Source: an uncultured delta proteobacterium
GTDB lineage: Bacteria; Desulfobacterota; Binatia; UBA9968
Length of the DNA: 64,000 nt
Assembly: GCA_963745835.1 (NCBI GenBank)
Contig: CAVUZH010000014.1
Coordinates: forward strand, 256,001-320,000
Direction: 5' to 3'
Under the pieces are notes generated by a model. That model was not told the DNA's origin and made no database searches. It saw nothing but the letters and a program-made list of their open reading frames with translations. Made by a program: the position numbers and the translations under genes. Of this stretch, positions 36,570 to 45,968 are shown piece by piece (the stretch's first letter is position 1; each line of letters opens with the position of its first letter).

Positions 36570-37850
36570 TCAAGCCGCCTCTTCACTCCTCCGCCCTGGT
36601 ATCGTGAACGCAAACAGCACAATCGTGACCGCCAACAGCGCCATCGCGCTGATGCCCAATGACCAGTGGATACCGATCAAGCCGCCGACCACCCCCACGG
36701 TCACTCCGCTAAACGCCTTGAGGCCATTGCTCGACATATTGAATAGCCCGATCAGTCGGCCGCGCAGTTGCGCCGGAGCCCTGAGCTGCACCAGTGTTTG
36801 CGCCATCGACATGAAAGCCAGATTCAACAGCCCTGCGCAGAACAACAGCATAACGCCCAAGCCATAACTATCGGTAGCGGCGAACCCGATTATGGTGACG
36901 CACCACAGAATCGAGCAGACCGCTGCATTCCACGGGCTGGCTTTGAGTAGGCCTCTTCCTTCGAGCAGCAGGCCGCCGAGAACCGCGCCGGCGGCGTTGG
37001 CGCCAAGCAGTATGCTGTACGCCCAGTCCTGCTTATCATGACCAAAGTCATGCGCGAATCCCGGCATCTGCGCTTGGAAGGCATTGCCGACCAGAAGAGA
37101 CGTGGCGCCGCCCAGAAGGATCATCGAAAAGATCGTGCGATTGGCCGACGTCTCTCGCAGCAACTGAATCGCGCCCTGCACCGTAAGCCGGGGCGCCCTA
37201 CCGCTCATCCCCTCATCCCGATTGTGGCCTGTATAGGGAAAAACAAACATCAAAAACAGCATCGGCAGGAACATCAAAGTGTTGATGAATAGCCCTGCCG
37301 GCGCGCCAAACAGCAACATCGTCGCGCCGCCCACCGCCGGACCGAAGAGAATGCCCAGCTGTCGCGCGGTGGAATTGAGTCTGACCGCGCTCTGCAGGTA
37401 CTCTCGACCGACGATGTCATGAATGATCAACTGGCTGCTCGGTCCACCCAGCACTCCAGCCATGCCGTGGATGACCAGCAACACACAGGCGTGCCAAACC
37501 TCGATGGTATCGGTGAGAAATAGAATAGCCCAGGTCAGCGACACCGTCGCATAGAGGAACTGGGAGGCTTGGATGACCCTCCTGCAATCGTGGCGGTCGG
37601 CCAGCGCGCCAAAGTAGACCGCGAAAAAAAGGAATGGTGTCCAGTGACTGATTACGGCAAACCCGCCGAGAACCGGTGAATGAAATTTTTGAAACAGCAG
37701 CCAGTAACTGATCACGTGCTCGATGTTGTCGCCCATGGTCGAGAACAGGTTAACCAGAAAATATCTCCGGTAGTCGCGATGATGCAACGCCGCAAACGCG
37801 ACTTTCCTGTTTGAATCGACTGATGTCGGGGATTTCTGCGGACTTGTCAT
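36570..37850 (-). CDS. MFS transporter (MFS_3/DHA3-like, paralog B1)
   Basis: FAALHHRDYRRY, GALADRHDCRR, LQSAVRLNS, APAQLRGRLIG. Confidence 0.88.
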   Translation of the reverse strand: MTSPQKSPTSVDSNRKVAFAALHHRDYRRYFLVNLFSTMGDNIEHVISYWLLFQKFHSPVLGGFAVISHWTPFLFFAVYFGALADRHDCRRVIQASQFLYATVSLTWAILFLTDTIEVWHACVLLVIHGMAGVLGGPSSQLIIHDIVGREYLQSAVRLNSTARQLGILFGPAVGGATMLLFGAPAGLFINTLMFLPMLFLMFVFPYTGHNRDEGMSGRAPRLTVQGAIQLLRETSANRTIFSMILLGGATSLLVGNAFQAQMPGFAHDFGHDKQDWAYSILLGANAAGAVLGGLLLEGRGLLKASPWNAAVCSILWCVTIIGFAATDSYGLGVMLLFCAGLLNLAFMSMAQTLVQLRAPAQLRGRLIGLFNMSSNGLKAFSGVTVGVVGGLIGIHWSLGISAMALLAVTIVLFAFTIPGRRSEEAA

Positions 37851-37944
37851 TTAACAGGAACTCCAAACGTTGATGTGTTGCACATTCAGTTTAGCGCTTA
37901 GAGTGGGCAGACTTCTCCGCAACGACCATCACTCCACGAAATCT

Positions 37945-39219
37945 TCAGCTGAACTCGCTCCGATGCTGGCCCGGCATGAAAAACGCAAACAGCCCCAACG
38001 TGACCGCCAGCAGGGCCATCGCGCTCAATGCCAGCGACCAGTGAACGCCGATCAATCCGCCGACCACGCCGACTGTGACACCGCTAAATGCGCGCAGGCC
38101 CATACTGGCCATCGAGAACAAACCGATGACCCGGCCACGGAGGTGACCCGGCGCGAGCAGCTGCACGATAGTCTGAGCCATCGAGTAGAAGGCAAGATTG
38201 AGAATGCCGGCGACAAATAACAGCATCAGCGACAGGTTATAGTTGTACGAAAGCGCAAACGCGGTAATGACGAGACACCAGAGAATAGCGCAGACAATCG
38301 CTGTTTTGACCCGCGGCTGAAGCCACCCCTTCCCTTCCAGCAAAAATCCACCGAGAACTGCGCCCGCAGCGTTAGCCGCCAGCAAGGCGCTGTACGCGAA
38401 ATCGGCTTGCTCGGTGCCGAGGTCATGGGCGAATTCCGGCATTTGCGCTTGGAAGGCGCTACCGACGAAAAACGATGCACAGCCGCCGAGTGCTACCATC
38501 GTGATGATCGGTCGGTTGCCTGAGACTTCGCGCAGGGTGTCGAGGGCATCGCGCCACCCAACGCGGCGGCGCGACGGCGCCGCAGCTTCTCGAGAATGGC
38601 CGGTGTAAGATACGGTCAATAACCAAATAGTCAGGGGCAAATAGATCAAGGCATTGACGAACAGCCCCGCCGCCGGTCCGAGCAGCAGCATCAAGGCGCC
38701 GCCCACGGCGGGGCCGAAAAGAACCCCCATCTGCCGGCTCGTGGCATTAAGACGCACAGCGCTTTGTAAGTGCTCGGTGCCAACGATATCGTGGATCAGC
38801 AGCTGACTGCCTGGGCCCCAGAGCACGCCGGCCATTCCGTGGATAGTCAGCAGCACGCAGGCATGCCAAACCTCGATGGTATCGGTCCAGAACAGAAACG
38901 CCCATGCGGCCGACACGCCCATATACATGAGCTGGGCCAGCTGAATCACTTTGCGGCAATCGTAGCGATCCGCCATGGCGCCGAAGTAAACCGAGAATAA
39001 GAGAAACGGCGTCCAGTGAACCAGCACGGCAAAACCGGCCAGGGTCGGTGAGTGAAACTTCTGATACAGCAGCCAATAACTGATGACATGCTCGATATTG
39101 TCAGCCATCATCGCGAGCATGGTGCCGATGAAATAAACCCGGAAGTCCTTGTGATGCAGCGCGGCAAAGGCAACTTTTTTGGGTGCAGCTGAATCCTCCC
39201 GCTCAACGGCGCTCTTCAA
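37945..39219 (-). CDS. MFS transporter (MFS_3/DHA3-like, paralog B2)
   Basis: Colinear with 36570-37850 (DNIEHVISYWLL, FQAQMP.FAHD); TTG start uncertain. Confidence 0.88.
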   Translation of the reverse strand: MKSAVEREDSAAPKKVAFAALHHKDFRVYFIGTMLAMMADNIEHVISYWLLYQKFHSPTLAGFAVLVHWTPFLLFSVYFGAMADRYDCRKVIQLAQLMYMGVSAAWAFLFWTDTIEVWHACVLLTIHGMAGVLWGPGSQLLIHDIVGTEHLQSAVRLNATSRQMGVLFGPAVGGALMLLLGPAAGLFVNALIYLPLTIWLLTVSYTGHSREAAAPSRRRVGWRDALDTLREVSGNRPIITMVALGGCASFFVGSAFQAQMPEFAHDLGTEQADFAYSALLAANAAGAVLGGFLLEGKGWLQPRVKTAIVCAILWCLVITAFALSYNYNLSLMLLFVAGILNLAFYSMAQTIVQLLAPGHLRGRVIGLFSMASMGLRAFSGVTVGVVGGLIGVHWSLALSAMALLAVTLGLFAFFMPGQHRSEFS

Positions 39220-39274
39220 ATCAATGGCAACTCCGTAATTGGAAATTATTGACTGGCGCTTGAAAACGCCATCA

Positions 39275-39386
39275 CAGGCAGGTCAAAGAGATCTTAGATG
39301 TGAGTCTTCGCTAAAGTTGGATCCGTAAACAATAAGGTTGCATGGGATGAGCACAACTTGACCGATAGATCACTTTGAGCAGCCTG
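39275..39386. repeat. Decayed full-length copy of the palindromic MITE/REP-like repeat
   Basis: IR CAGGCAGGTCAAAGAGATCT vs rc CAGGCTGCTCAAAGTGATCT (17/20); shares AAGTTGGAT and TTTGAGCAGCCT with the IS110 target repeat. Confidence 0.65.
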
Positions 39387-39524
39387 CTAAATTGGACAGT
39401 AATGGATATCAAAAACCTATGCAAACCGCAGCTCGGTTTCGCTTCGTTCAAAGATGCCGGTCTCATTAGTGATTTCGCTGGAATCAGAATCAACGATCTC
39501 TCACACTAAGATTTTCGATTTGGG

Positions 39525-40163
39525 ATGAAATTTCTTTTCTTTGCTGCTTTACTCCAACTACTGACCGCCTGTTCAGCGCCGATCATGCAATTAGATTCTC
39601 ACGCCGCCGAAAAGAATGCCAAAAGAATTTTTGTCGTCCACAATAACTGGCATGCCGCTCTGGTTGTGCGAAGGGTCGATCTGACCGAAGACCTCGTTCC
39701 CGAACAAGCCGACTTTCCCGAAGCGGAGTATCTCGAAATAGGCTGGGGAGATCGAGATTACTTCCCAGCGCCAGAGGAAAGTGTTGGACTAGCGCTTAGG
39801 GCGGCATTCTGGTCGCGCGGGAGCGTGCTTCATGTCGTCGGCTTCAGGGGCGCCGTTAGAGATTATGTTACCGACGGTGAGATCATCGAACTCGCTCTTT
39901 CGCCCGAAGCTTTCCGGCGGCTGAGCGAGTTTTTATCTGCCAGCTTCTCGAGAGCGGATCCGTCTATCCCAGCGCAGTCGCAGCCCGGCCTGGTTCCATA
40001 CGCTCGGTTTTATCCCGCATCCGGGAGATTCAGCATCCTTAGAACATGCAACACTTGGATAGCGGAAGCCCTAAAAAGCGCCGGGATTGATATCAGTCCC
40101 AGATATGTCATCACAGCTGCAAGCCTGGCTCGCCAGGTCCGAGCGCATCAGGTGAAAAATTAG
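39525..40163 (+). CDS. DUF2459-like lipoprotein
   Basis: Lipobox LTAC; WHAALVV, YLEIGWGDRDYF, FYPASGRFSILRTCNTW. Confidence 0.8.
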   Translation: MKFLFFAALLQLLTACSAPIMQLDSHAAEKNAKRIFVVHNNWHAALVVRRVDLTEDLVPEQADFPEAEYLEIGWGDRDYFPAPEESVGLALRAAFWSRGSVLHVVGFRGAVRDYVTDGEIIELALSPEAFRRLSEFLSASFSRADPSIPAQSQPGLVPYARFYPASGRFSILRTCNTWIAEALKSAGIDISPRYVITAASLARQVRAHQVKN

Positions 40164-40352
40164 ACTTCTTTCTATTCGCACACCCGTTCGAGTTGTCTGT
40201 GCGCTGGCAGCTCGCCTAGGAAACATCGTGAGCTAATCTCGACCTTGGCAGCTGCAGTCGCCTGGGTTAAGATATAATTAACCTAGGTCGTGGGTGCCCA
40301 TTCAATCCAGCAATTTGTCATGTGAAACCTTGAGAGATTGTCGAACCCCACA

Positions 40353-41378
40353 ATGAAGCCAGCAAGAACTCGTTTACCAGTTGTTTTGTTTCTGATGGTT
40401 GCCTTGATTGGCAGCTGTCGCACCGGTACAGTTCCACAAACACCTCCGGGTTCGGAGCAAACTCCAGAAATCGCAGGCCTCGAATCATCTCACCCCGCCA
40501 CCGACGAACCTGCATCGGAACCGGCAATCACACCGGCAAAGATTCCGCCGGTGACACCGTCGCTAGCACTGCGGCAACTGCCGGAATCGCTTCTTAGCGC
40601 GCCGGAGAAAGAAAGCGTCGCGCCGGCAATCCAGTACGACACGGTTCTGACAAAACGATCAGTTCAGATAGCCGCCCATTCAGGCTGGCAGTATCGGAAC
40701 AACCGCCAAAGGCAAATTGTCGGCTTTGAGTTCTCCAATAGCGGCGGCAATCGAATTCTTCCCCAGCGTCGTGATATTAGCAAGAATCAACTCTACACCA
40801 GGGATTTCCAATTCCGCTTCGATGATCGTGCTAGGCAGGACGTGCACCTATCGGTTACCGACTGGGTCGCTTCCCGCGATAAGCAGTTTAGACTCAGCGA
40901 GCTGATGAACAGCGTGATGCTGTTTTTTCCGAGGAACTATTTACCGGCTGTAGTCACGGTGGGTGATCGAAACATCGTGACCCTGCCCACCGGCGAGGAA
41001 GTCGAGTTCGACGCTCACACGCATGAAGTCAGCGGTGGTGTGTTTTCGGAAGCGGCGGTTGATCCGAATCCGGACAAAAGCTTACGGCAATTTCCCGCTA
41101 TCCGTTATACTGGTTCAGGCGTCATGGTTCGCGCCGATGCCCGAGGATCGGATCCTAGACTTGGAAATATGGCGACTATCACAACCGGATCACCTCCCCC
41201 AGATTGTGTTCAGGGCGAAGCGTGCAAACGATGCGAAGTATCGGCTAAAGAGATTTGGGCACAGAGCGGTGCCGCTCGGTTTAGATTCGCCCATGATGAG
41301 GATTTCCACAATTATCTACTATCGAGGTGCGCCTTCGGCCTTCCAATGAAAACCGCTTCCGTCGTTACGTCCCGCTAG
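40353..41378 (+). CDS. Hypothetical lipoprotein
   Basis: Long ORF, lipobox IGSC, Pro-rich linker, globular domain with four C-terminal Cys; no family recognised. Confidence 0.7.
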   Translation: MKPARTRLPVVLFLMVALIGSCRTGTVPQTPPGSEQTPEIAGLESSHPATDEPASEPAITPAKIPPVTPSLALRQLPESLLSAPEKESVAPAIQYDTVLTKRSVQIAAHSGWQYRNNRQRQIVGFEFSNSGGNRILPQRRDISKNQLYTRDFQFRFDDRARQDVHLSVTDWVASRDKQFRLSELMNSVMLFFPRNYLPAVVTVGDRNIVTLPTGEEVEFDAHTHEVSGGVFSEAAVDPNPDKSLRQFPAIRYTGSGVMVRADARGSDPRLGNMATITTGSPPPDCVQGEACKRCEVSAKEIWAQSGAARFRFAHDEDFHNYLLSRCAFGLPMKTASVVTSR

Positions 41379-41464
41379 ATCACTGCTTCTCTGCAACCGC
41401 ACGTTGCCTATCCGGCCAGCCTTGGATCGGCTATCCAGCTCTACTCCGATCACAGAACGGAGTT

Positions 41465-43129
41465 TTAGTCCGGCCCTGTGTCCAGCCCAATCTGATTCTC
41501 AACGGATTTTATGCCTTCGACGCTTTGCGCCGCGCGCTGCGCGGCAAGTCGCTGGCGCGTGGTCGGAACACGCCCCCGGAGATAAACCGTGCCATTCTCT
41601 ACCGACACGCTGATTCCTCTCAAAGCGCGATTGTCGATCGCCCTCTCGACTTGCATCTCCAATGCGCGGTCTGTAACGACCGTCTCATTGCGCGGCAAAC
41701 CAGCCGGTGACGGCGTGGGTGAAGGAAGAGATCTTCTCCCGGGAATTGGCTGCCCAGTATCCGGCGGCTTTCGGCCTGTTGTTGAATTCCGCTGTCGTTC
41801 AATAGGAGCGGGAGGTTCGAAATACTGTTCCTGGGGCTGTTCAGCTATGTTAGGCTTTGGGCTTTCTGTCAAGGCTTGCTGCTCGATTGCGGGAAATTGA
41901 GGCGGCGGAGCTTCAGGAGCGCTTTTTTCCTGCCAGGGATCCGCTGTTGATCTGTCGCTAGGCGCCGTCGGCTGCGCCGGCACGGCATCGTTCGTTTGTG
42001 TAGCGGTAAATCCCTTGAAGCCCTCAGTCAGCGCCGCTAAACCTCCCCACATCTGTTGGGAGTAGAACAAAATGGTCGCAAGCCCTAGGACGATGCCCAG
42101 TGAAAAAAAACCGGTTCCATATCCAGCCAGTTTTTTTTCGCTGCGAAGGTGAGCGGGTTTTTCCTCAAGACCAATCATGAAAAAGTCGGATTCGGGCGAT
42201 GCTGGCGTACGAAAGCCGGGGCGGGCCGAGGTGCGTTTCGAACGAAATCCTTCTAGCTTTTCGATCGAAGCTTTTGGTGAACCCAACATAGGCGGAGGCG
42301 CAACCTCCGGGGCCGATCCTTGCTGGTTAAGACGCAAATCGCGAGCGACCTCATCAATCGTAGCGGCAGATACAGTTTTCTTAGAGGCAGCGAAGCCGAT
42401 CAGCAAAGCGTTATCGCAGATGATATTTATAATCCTGGGGATACCTCTGGAGTGCGCGGCGATTTTCTCTACCGCCGAAGCATGGAACAGGTCTTTACGC
42501 GAGTACCCGACCGCTTTGAGTCTGGCTGAAATGTACTCACCGACCTCATTACTGGGAAGTGGATCGAGCCGGCAACGTAGCGCAACGCGCTGTTTTAGTT
42601 GCCGGAGTTCAGGCTGGTCGAGCTTGCGCTCGAGCTCAGGCTGCCCCATCAAGACAATCTGGAGAAGCTTCTGAGTGTCGGTCTCGAGATTGGAAAGAAG
42701 CCTGACTTCCTCGAGCATTTCAATGCTGAGTTCTTGGGCCTCGTCGATCAAGAGCGTAACAATATTACGCTCTTTTAACTGCTTAATAAGGTATTCATTC
42801 AACTGCGCGATCATCGCCAAGCGATCGTTGGTACGGTTGGTCAACCCGAGATCGCTTAGGATAAGACGCAGCAGCTCTGAGAGACTAACATGCGGGTTAT
42901 AGATATATGCGGTTTGCACGTGTCGGCCAAAGCTCTGCATCAAACGCCTAAGGAGGGTCGTTTTACCGGTCCCAGCTTCTCCCGTAATGACGATAAAACC
43001 TTTGCGCGCCTCGATGCCGTAGCGCAAAGTAGCGAATGCTTCCTGATAAAGCTCGTTGGTATAATTAAACCGCGGATCCGGTGTGAGGCTAAATGGGGCT
43101 TCGGTGAAGCCAAAATATTCGTTATACAT
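41465..43129 (-). CDS. ExeA/GspA-like AAA ATPase + TM + C-terminal BON domain
   Basis: MYNEYFG..PFSLTPD, GEAGTGKTT, LIDEAQ, LMGQPEL, GIPRIIN; BON-like ISVSVENGTVYLRGRV...VEGIKSVENQI. Confidence 0.88.
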   Translation of the reverse strand: MYNEYFGFTEAPFSLTPDPRFNYTNELYQEAFATLRYGIEARKGFIVITGEAGTGKTTLLRRLMQSFGRHVQTAYIYNPHVSLSELLRLILSDLGLTNRTNDRLAMIAQLNEYLIKQLKERNIVTLLIDEAQELSIEMLEEVRLLSNLETDTQKLLQIVLMGQPELERKLDQPELRQLKQRVALRCRLDPLPSNEVGEYISARLKAVGYSRKDLFHASAVEKIAAHSRGIPRIINIICDNALLIGFAASKKTVSAATIDEVARDLRLNQQGSAPEVAPPPMLGSPKASIEKLEGFRSKRTSARPGFRTPASPESDFFMIGLEEKPAHLRSEKKLAGYGTGFFSLGIVLGLATILFYSQQMWGGLAALTEGFKGFTATQTNDAVPAQPTAPSDRSTADPWQEKSAPEAPPPQFPAIEQQALTESPKPNIAEQPQEQYFEPPAPIERQRNSTTGRKPPDTGQPIPGRRSLPSPTPSPAGLPRNETVVTDRALEMQVERAIDNRALRGISVSVENGTVYLRGRVPTTRQRLAAQRAAQSVEGIKSVENQIGLDTGPD

Positions 43130-43502
43130 AAACCACTGCCATGTTTAGACTAACAAGCCTAACCCGCCGGGCAACCCACCACAAGCACGGTCCCCAGAAC
43201 AGCTTAGCAGTATAAGCTATCGGCTTTTGTATCATATCAAAACGGCCTCAGGTTAGTTTTATTCTTAAAACTTAGCCTGATAATCAATGGGCGCCACCGC
43301 TGGCATAATCGGGATCGCAGTCTAAGCAATCTGCCTGAGAATTAGACGCAGCCGACAACAATCAGTGGTATTGGTGAGCCACAACTTTTTCGACTTTGCG
43401 GGCCGCGTAGAATGTTCACGAGAAAAAGCGATCGCTTATTGCATTGGGGAGTCAGCGGATCATTATTGGCACGGCATCATGCAACAACTTAGTTTTACGA
43501 TT

Positions 43503-45968
43503 TCACTGGAGCTCGCCCAATCCCCACTGGCTCGCAAAATTGGGATCACGAACATGCCAGACCTGTCGGTGAAGAAGCATCATGCTTTCTGAATCTCGCA
43601 GCAGATGCGTTCTATTGGACCGGCTGAGAGCCGCCGGCCCGTCCCTCAGAGCGAAATCACGCAGATTTCGATTTCGCTCGATGGTTTCCCTTGCCTTGGG
43701 TTTTTTGCCGCGCAACAGGCCAACGTGGACGGCATTGGCGTAGGGATCAACCACCGCCTGAACAAAGCTATCCATCTGCTGGTTCTCTCGCCGTTTTTCT
43801 AGATACGTCTGAAGATATTTTAAAACCCGCGGCGAATTAATTTCCTCCGGGATCAGAAAGAGCCGCCAGCGGCGCATCAGCCGCCCCACGGAAAGACGGC
43901 TGGAGTAGACTGATAACGGTACTGCGAAGAGCAGCGAGATACCGACCGGCAAGAGCCAGACCGAAACTGCTGGATTTAGCCAGTACATACCGAATACCCA
44001 GCTAAACGCCAATAGCGTTGCGAGACCATGTAGTCGAGACGCGTCGCGCCAGCGGGTTTCATTATCGGTGCGAAATTGCGGCCCCCATTTTATCTGTCTG
44101 CCCATCAGAGTCACGACAACGAATTGGCTGTGAAACCACATTCGGATGGGTGCGAGTAAAGTGGACACCATAATCTCTAGACATACGCTGATACACAACG
44201 GCAGAAGGCCGCCAAACAGATGCGTCTGGCGATCTTTGACAATCACCAGGAGACTCAAAAGCTTAGGTAGAAACAGTAGTACGGCAGTGGTCGTCAGCAA
44301 GGCTACCGCCCAATCGGGATTCCAACGCGGCCAAAGCGGAAATAGGCTGGGTTCACTTGAAAAGTAGACCAGAGGCAGAACCGTCTGGGCCGCAAGCTCT
44401 ACCGTATTGAGGATCAAAAACACAAACCAGAGCAAAGCCGAAGCATAAGCCATGACGCCCATTGCCAGAATGGCGCGGTGCCCGCCGCGGATCCCATCCG
44501 CCAGCAGTAAGCGCAAGTGTTGCAGATTGCCTTGACACCAGCGCCGATCGCGCTTGAGTTCGTCGGCAAGCGTCGGCGGCGACTCCTCATAACTGCCGCC
44601 TAGATCATAAACCACCCAAACTTCCCAACCGGCCCGGCCCATTAGCGCAGCCTCGACAAAATCATGACTGAGAATTTCTCCGCCTAGTGGAGCGTGACCC
44701 GGCAGACGAGAAAGGCCGCAATGTTTGATGAATGGCGCCGTGCGAATAATGGCATTATGGCCCCAATAATAACCCTCACCCAGTTGCCAAAAACGCTGGC
44801 CTGCCGTGAGCATGGGGCCATACGCCCGGCTCGCGAACTGCTGCAATCGTCCAAAGAGGGAATCACAGTTAACCGTGGTCGGAGCCGTTTGAATGATTCC
44901 TGCTTGAGGGTACTGCTCCATCATTTGAGCCAGCCGGACAACTGTTTCGCCGGCCATGATGCTGTCGGCGTCGAAGACGATCATGTGATCATAGTTTCGT
45001 CCCCAGCGGCGCAGGAATTCGGCGATGTTGCCGCTCTTACGCTTAACGTTATTGCGCCTGTGCCGATAAAAAATTCTGCCAAAGCCCTGCACCGAGGCGC
45101 AGAGTTGTGCCCACGCGATCTCCTCTTCGGCTTGCCTGACCGAATCACCGGTATCGCTCAGCACAAAAAAATCAAAACTTGCAAATTGCCTTGTCTCGGC
45201 AAGTGAGCGATAACTCGCCTCCAGACCGGCAAATACACGCGTGACATCTTCGTTGCAGATGGGCATGAGCACGGCAGTGCGCGAGCGCAAAGGTTGCCGC
45301 TCGTCGATCGGCAAATCAGCGCGGGTAAATTCGTTTTTGCGCGTCCAGAGCATCCAGAATCCGGCCACTGCGCTCCAAAAGCCCAGCGAAATCCACGAAA
45401 ACAGGATCGCGAAGAGCACCAAAATAGCGATCTCAGATGCCTTGAGCCATGGGTACGGAAAGGTATGGCTTAGAGACCAGGTGGCAATCGCTGTCTGTAT
45501 TATGATCAAAGCAATCAACACCATACGCCGAGATGCAGCGGCGGCGCGCCACCCTACCATAGTTCCTTCGGTAGACGCTGAGCCAGTCCTCTCCCGATCA
45601 TCGTTGCTGGTTGTGCCGCGCAGCCTGCGCCACAGAGTCACCAGCGGATTGCGTTCTACCCGATTCGGTAACATCGACAAGCGCTTGATCTCGGGCATCG
45701 CCAGGGCATGAATATTCCGCCGAAGCGCGTTCAAATCGGTTAGAGTGACGCCGCGGTCGCGTCCATCTTTAGCCCATCTGTGATGGAACCGTCTTCGCCT
45801 GTTCAGCTCGCGTATTCCCCCACGCGAATCGTGCTCCTTTTGCCTGCTGATAACCCCGTCGCCGTTTGCCGCGATGTTTACTTCGCGAATCCCATTCGCC
45901 GGCGCGGCAATCTCAGACAATGATTCGTTCGCCGTTGAAAAACTGGGCTGATAAATATTCTTGCTCAT
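43503..45968 (-). CDS. mdoH: Periplasmic glucan biosynthesis glucosyltransferase MdoH/OpgH
   Basis: MPICNED, RKSGNI, FDADS, YWGHNAIIR, LSHDFVEA, RDRRWCQGN. Start at ATG 45968 overlaps the mdoG stop (ATGA). Confidence 0.95.
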   Translation of the reverse strand: MSKNIYQPSFSTANESLSEIAAPANGIREVNIAANGDGVISRQKEHDSRGGIRELNRRRRFHHRWAKDGRDRGVTLTDLNALRRNIHALAMPEIKRLSMLPNRVERNPLVTLWRRLRGTTSNDDRERTGSASTEGTMVGWRAAAASRRMVLIALIIIQTAIATWSLSHTFPYPWLKASEIAILVLFAILFSWISLGFWSAVAGFWMLWTRKNEFTRADLPIDERQPLRSRTAVLMPICNEDVTRVFAGLEASYRSLAETRQFASFDFFVLSDTGDSVRQAEEEIAWAQLCASVQGFGRIFYRHRRNNVKRKSGNIAEFLRRWGRNYDHMIVFDADSIMAGETVVRLAQMMEQYPQAGIIQTAPTTVNCDSLFGRLQQFASRAYGPMLTAGQRFWQLGEGYYWGHNAIIRTAPFIKHCGLSRLPGHAPLGGEILSHDFVEAALMGRAGWEVWVVYDLGGSYEESPPTLADELKRDRRWCQGNLQHLRLLLADGIRGGHRAILAMGVMAYASALLWFVFLILNTVELAAQTVLPLVYFSSEPSLFPLWPRWNPDWAVALLTTTAVLLFLPKLLSLLVIVKDRQTHLFGGLLPLCISVCLEIMVSTLLAPIRMWFHSQFVVVTLMGRQIKWGPQFRTDNETRWRDASRLHGLATLLAFSWVFGMYWLNPAVSVWLLPVGISLLFAVPLSVYSSRLSVGRLMRRWRLFLIPEEINSPRVLKYLQTYLEKRRENQQMDSFVQAVVDPYANAVHVGLLRGKKPKARETIERNRNLRDFALRDGPAALSRSNRTHLLRDSESMMLLHRQVWHVRDPNFASQWGLGELQ

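Noticed and set aside
43248-43280. Imperfect inverted repeat between mdoH and the BON-ATPase gene
   Set aside because: Gapped and AT-rich; cannot distinguish terminator, operator or chance.
43467-43482. sigma54-like TGGCAC...TGC
   Set aside because: The GG-GC spacing is 11 rather than 10, and it points antisense into mdoH.
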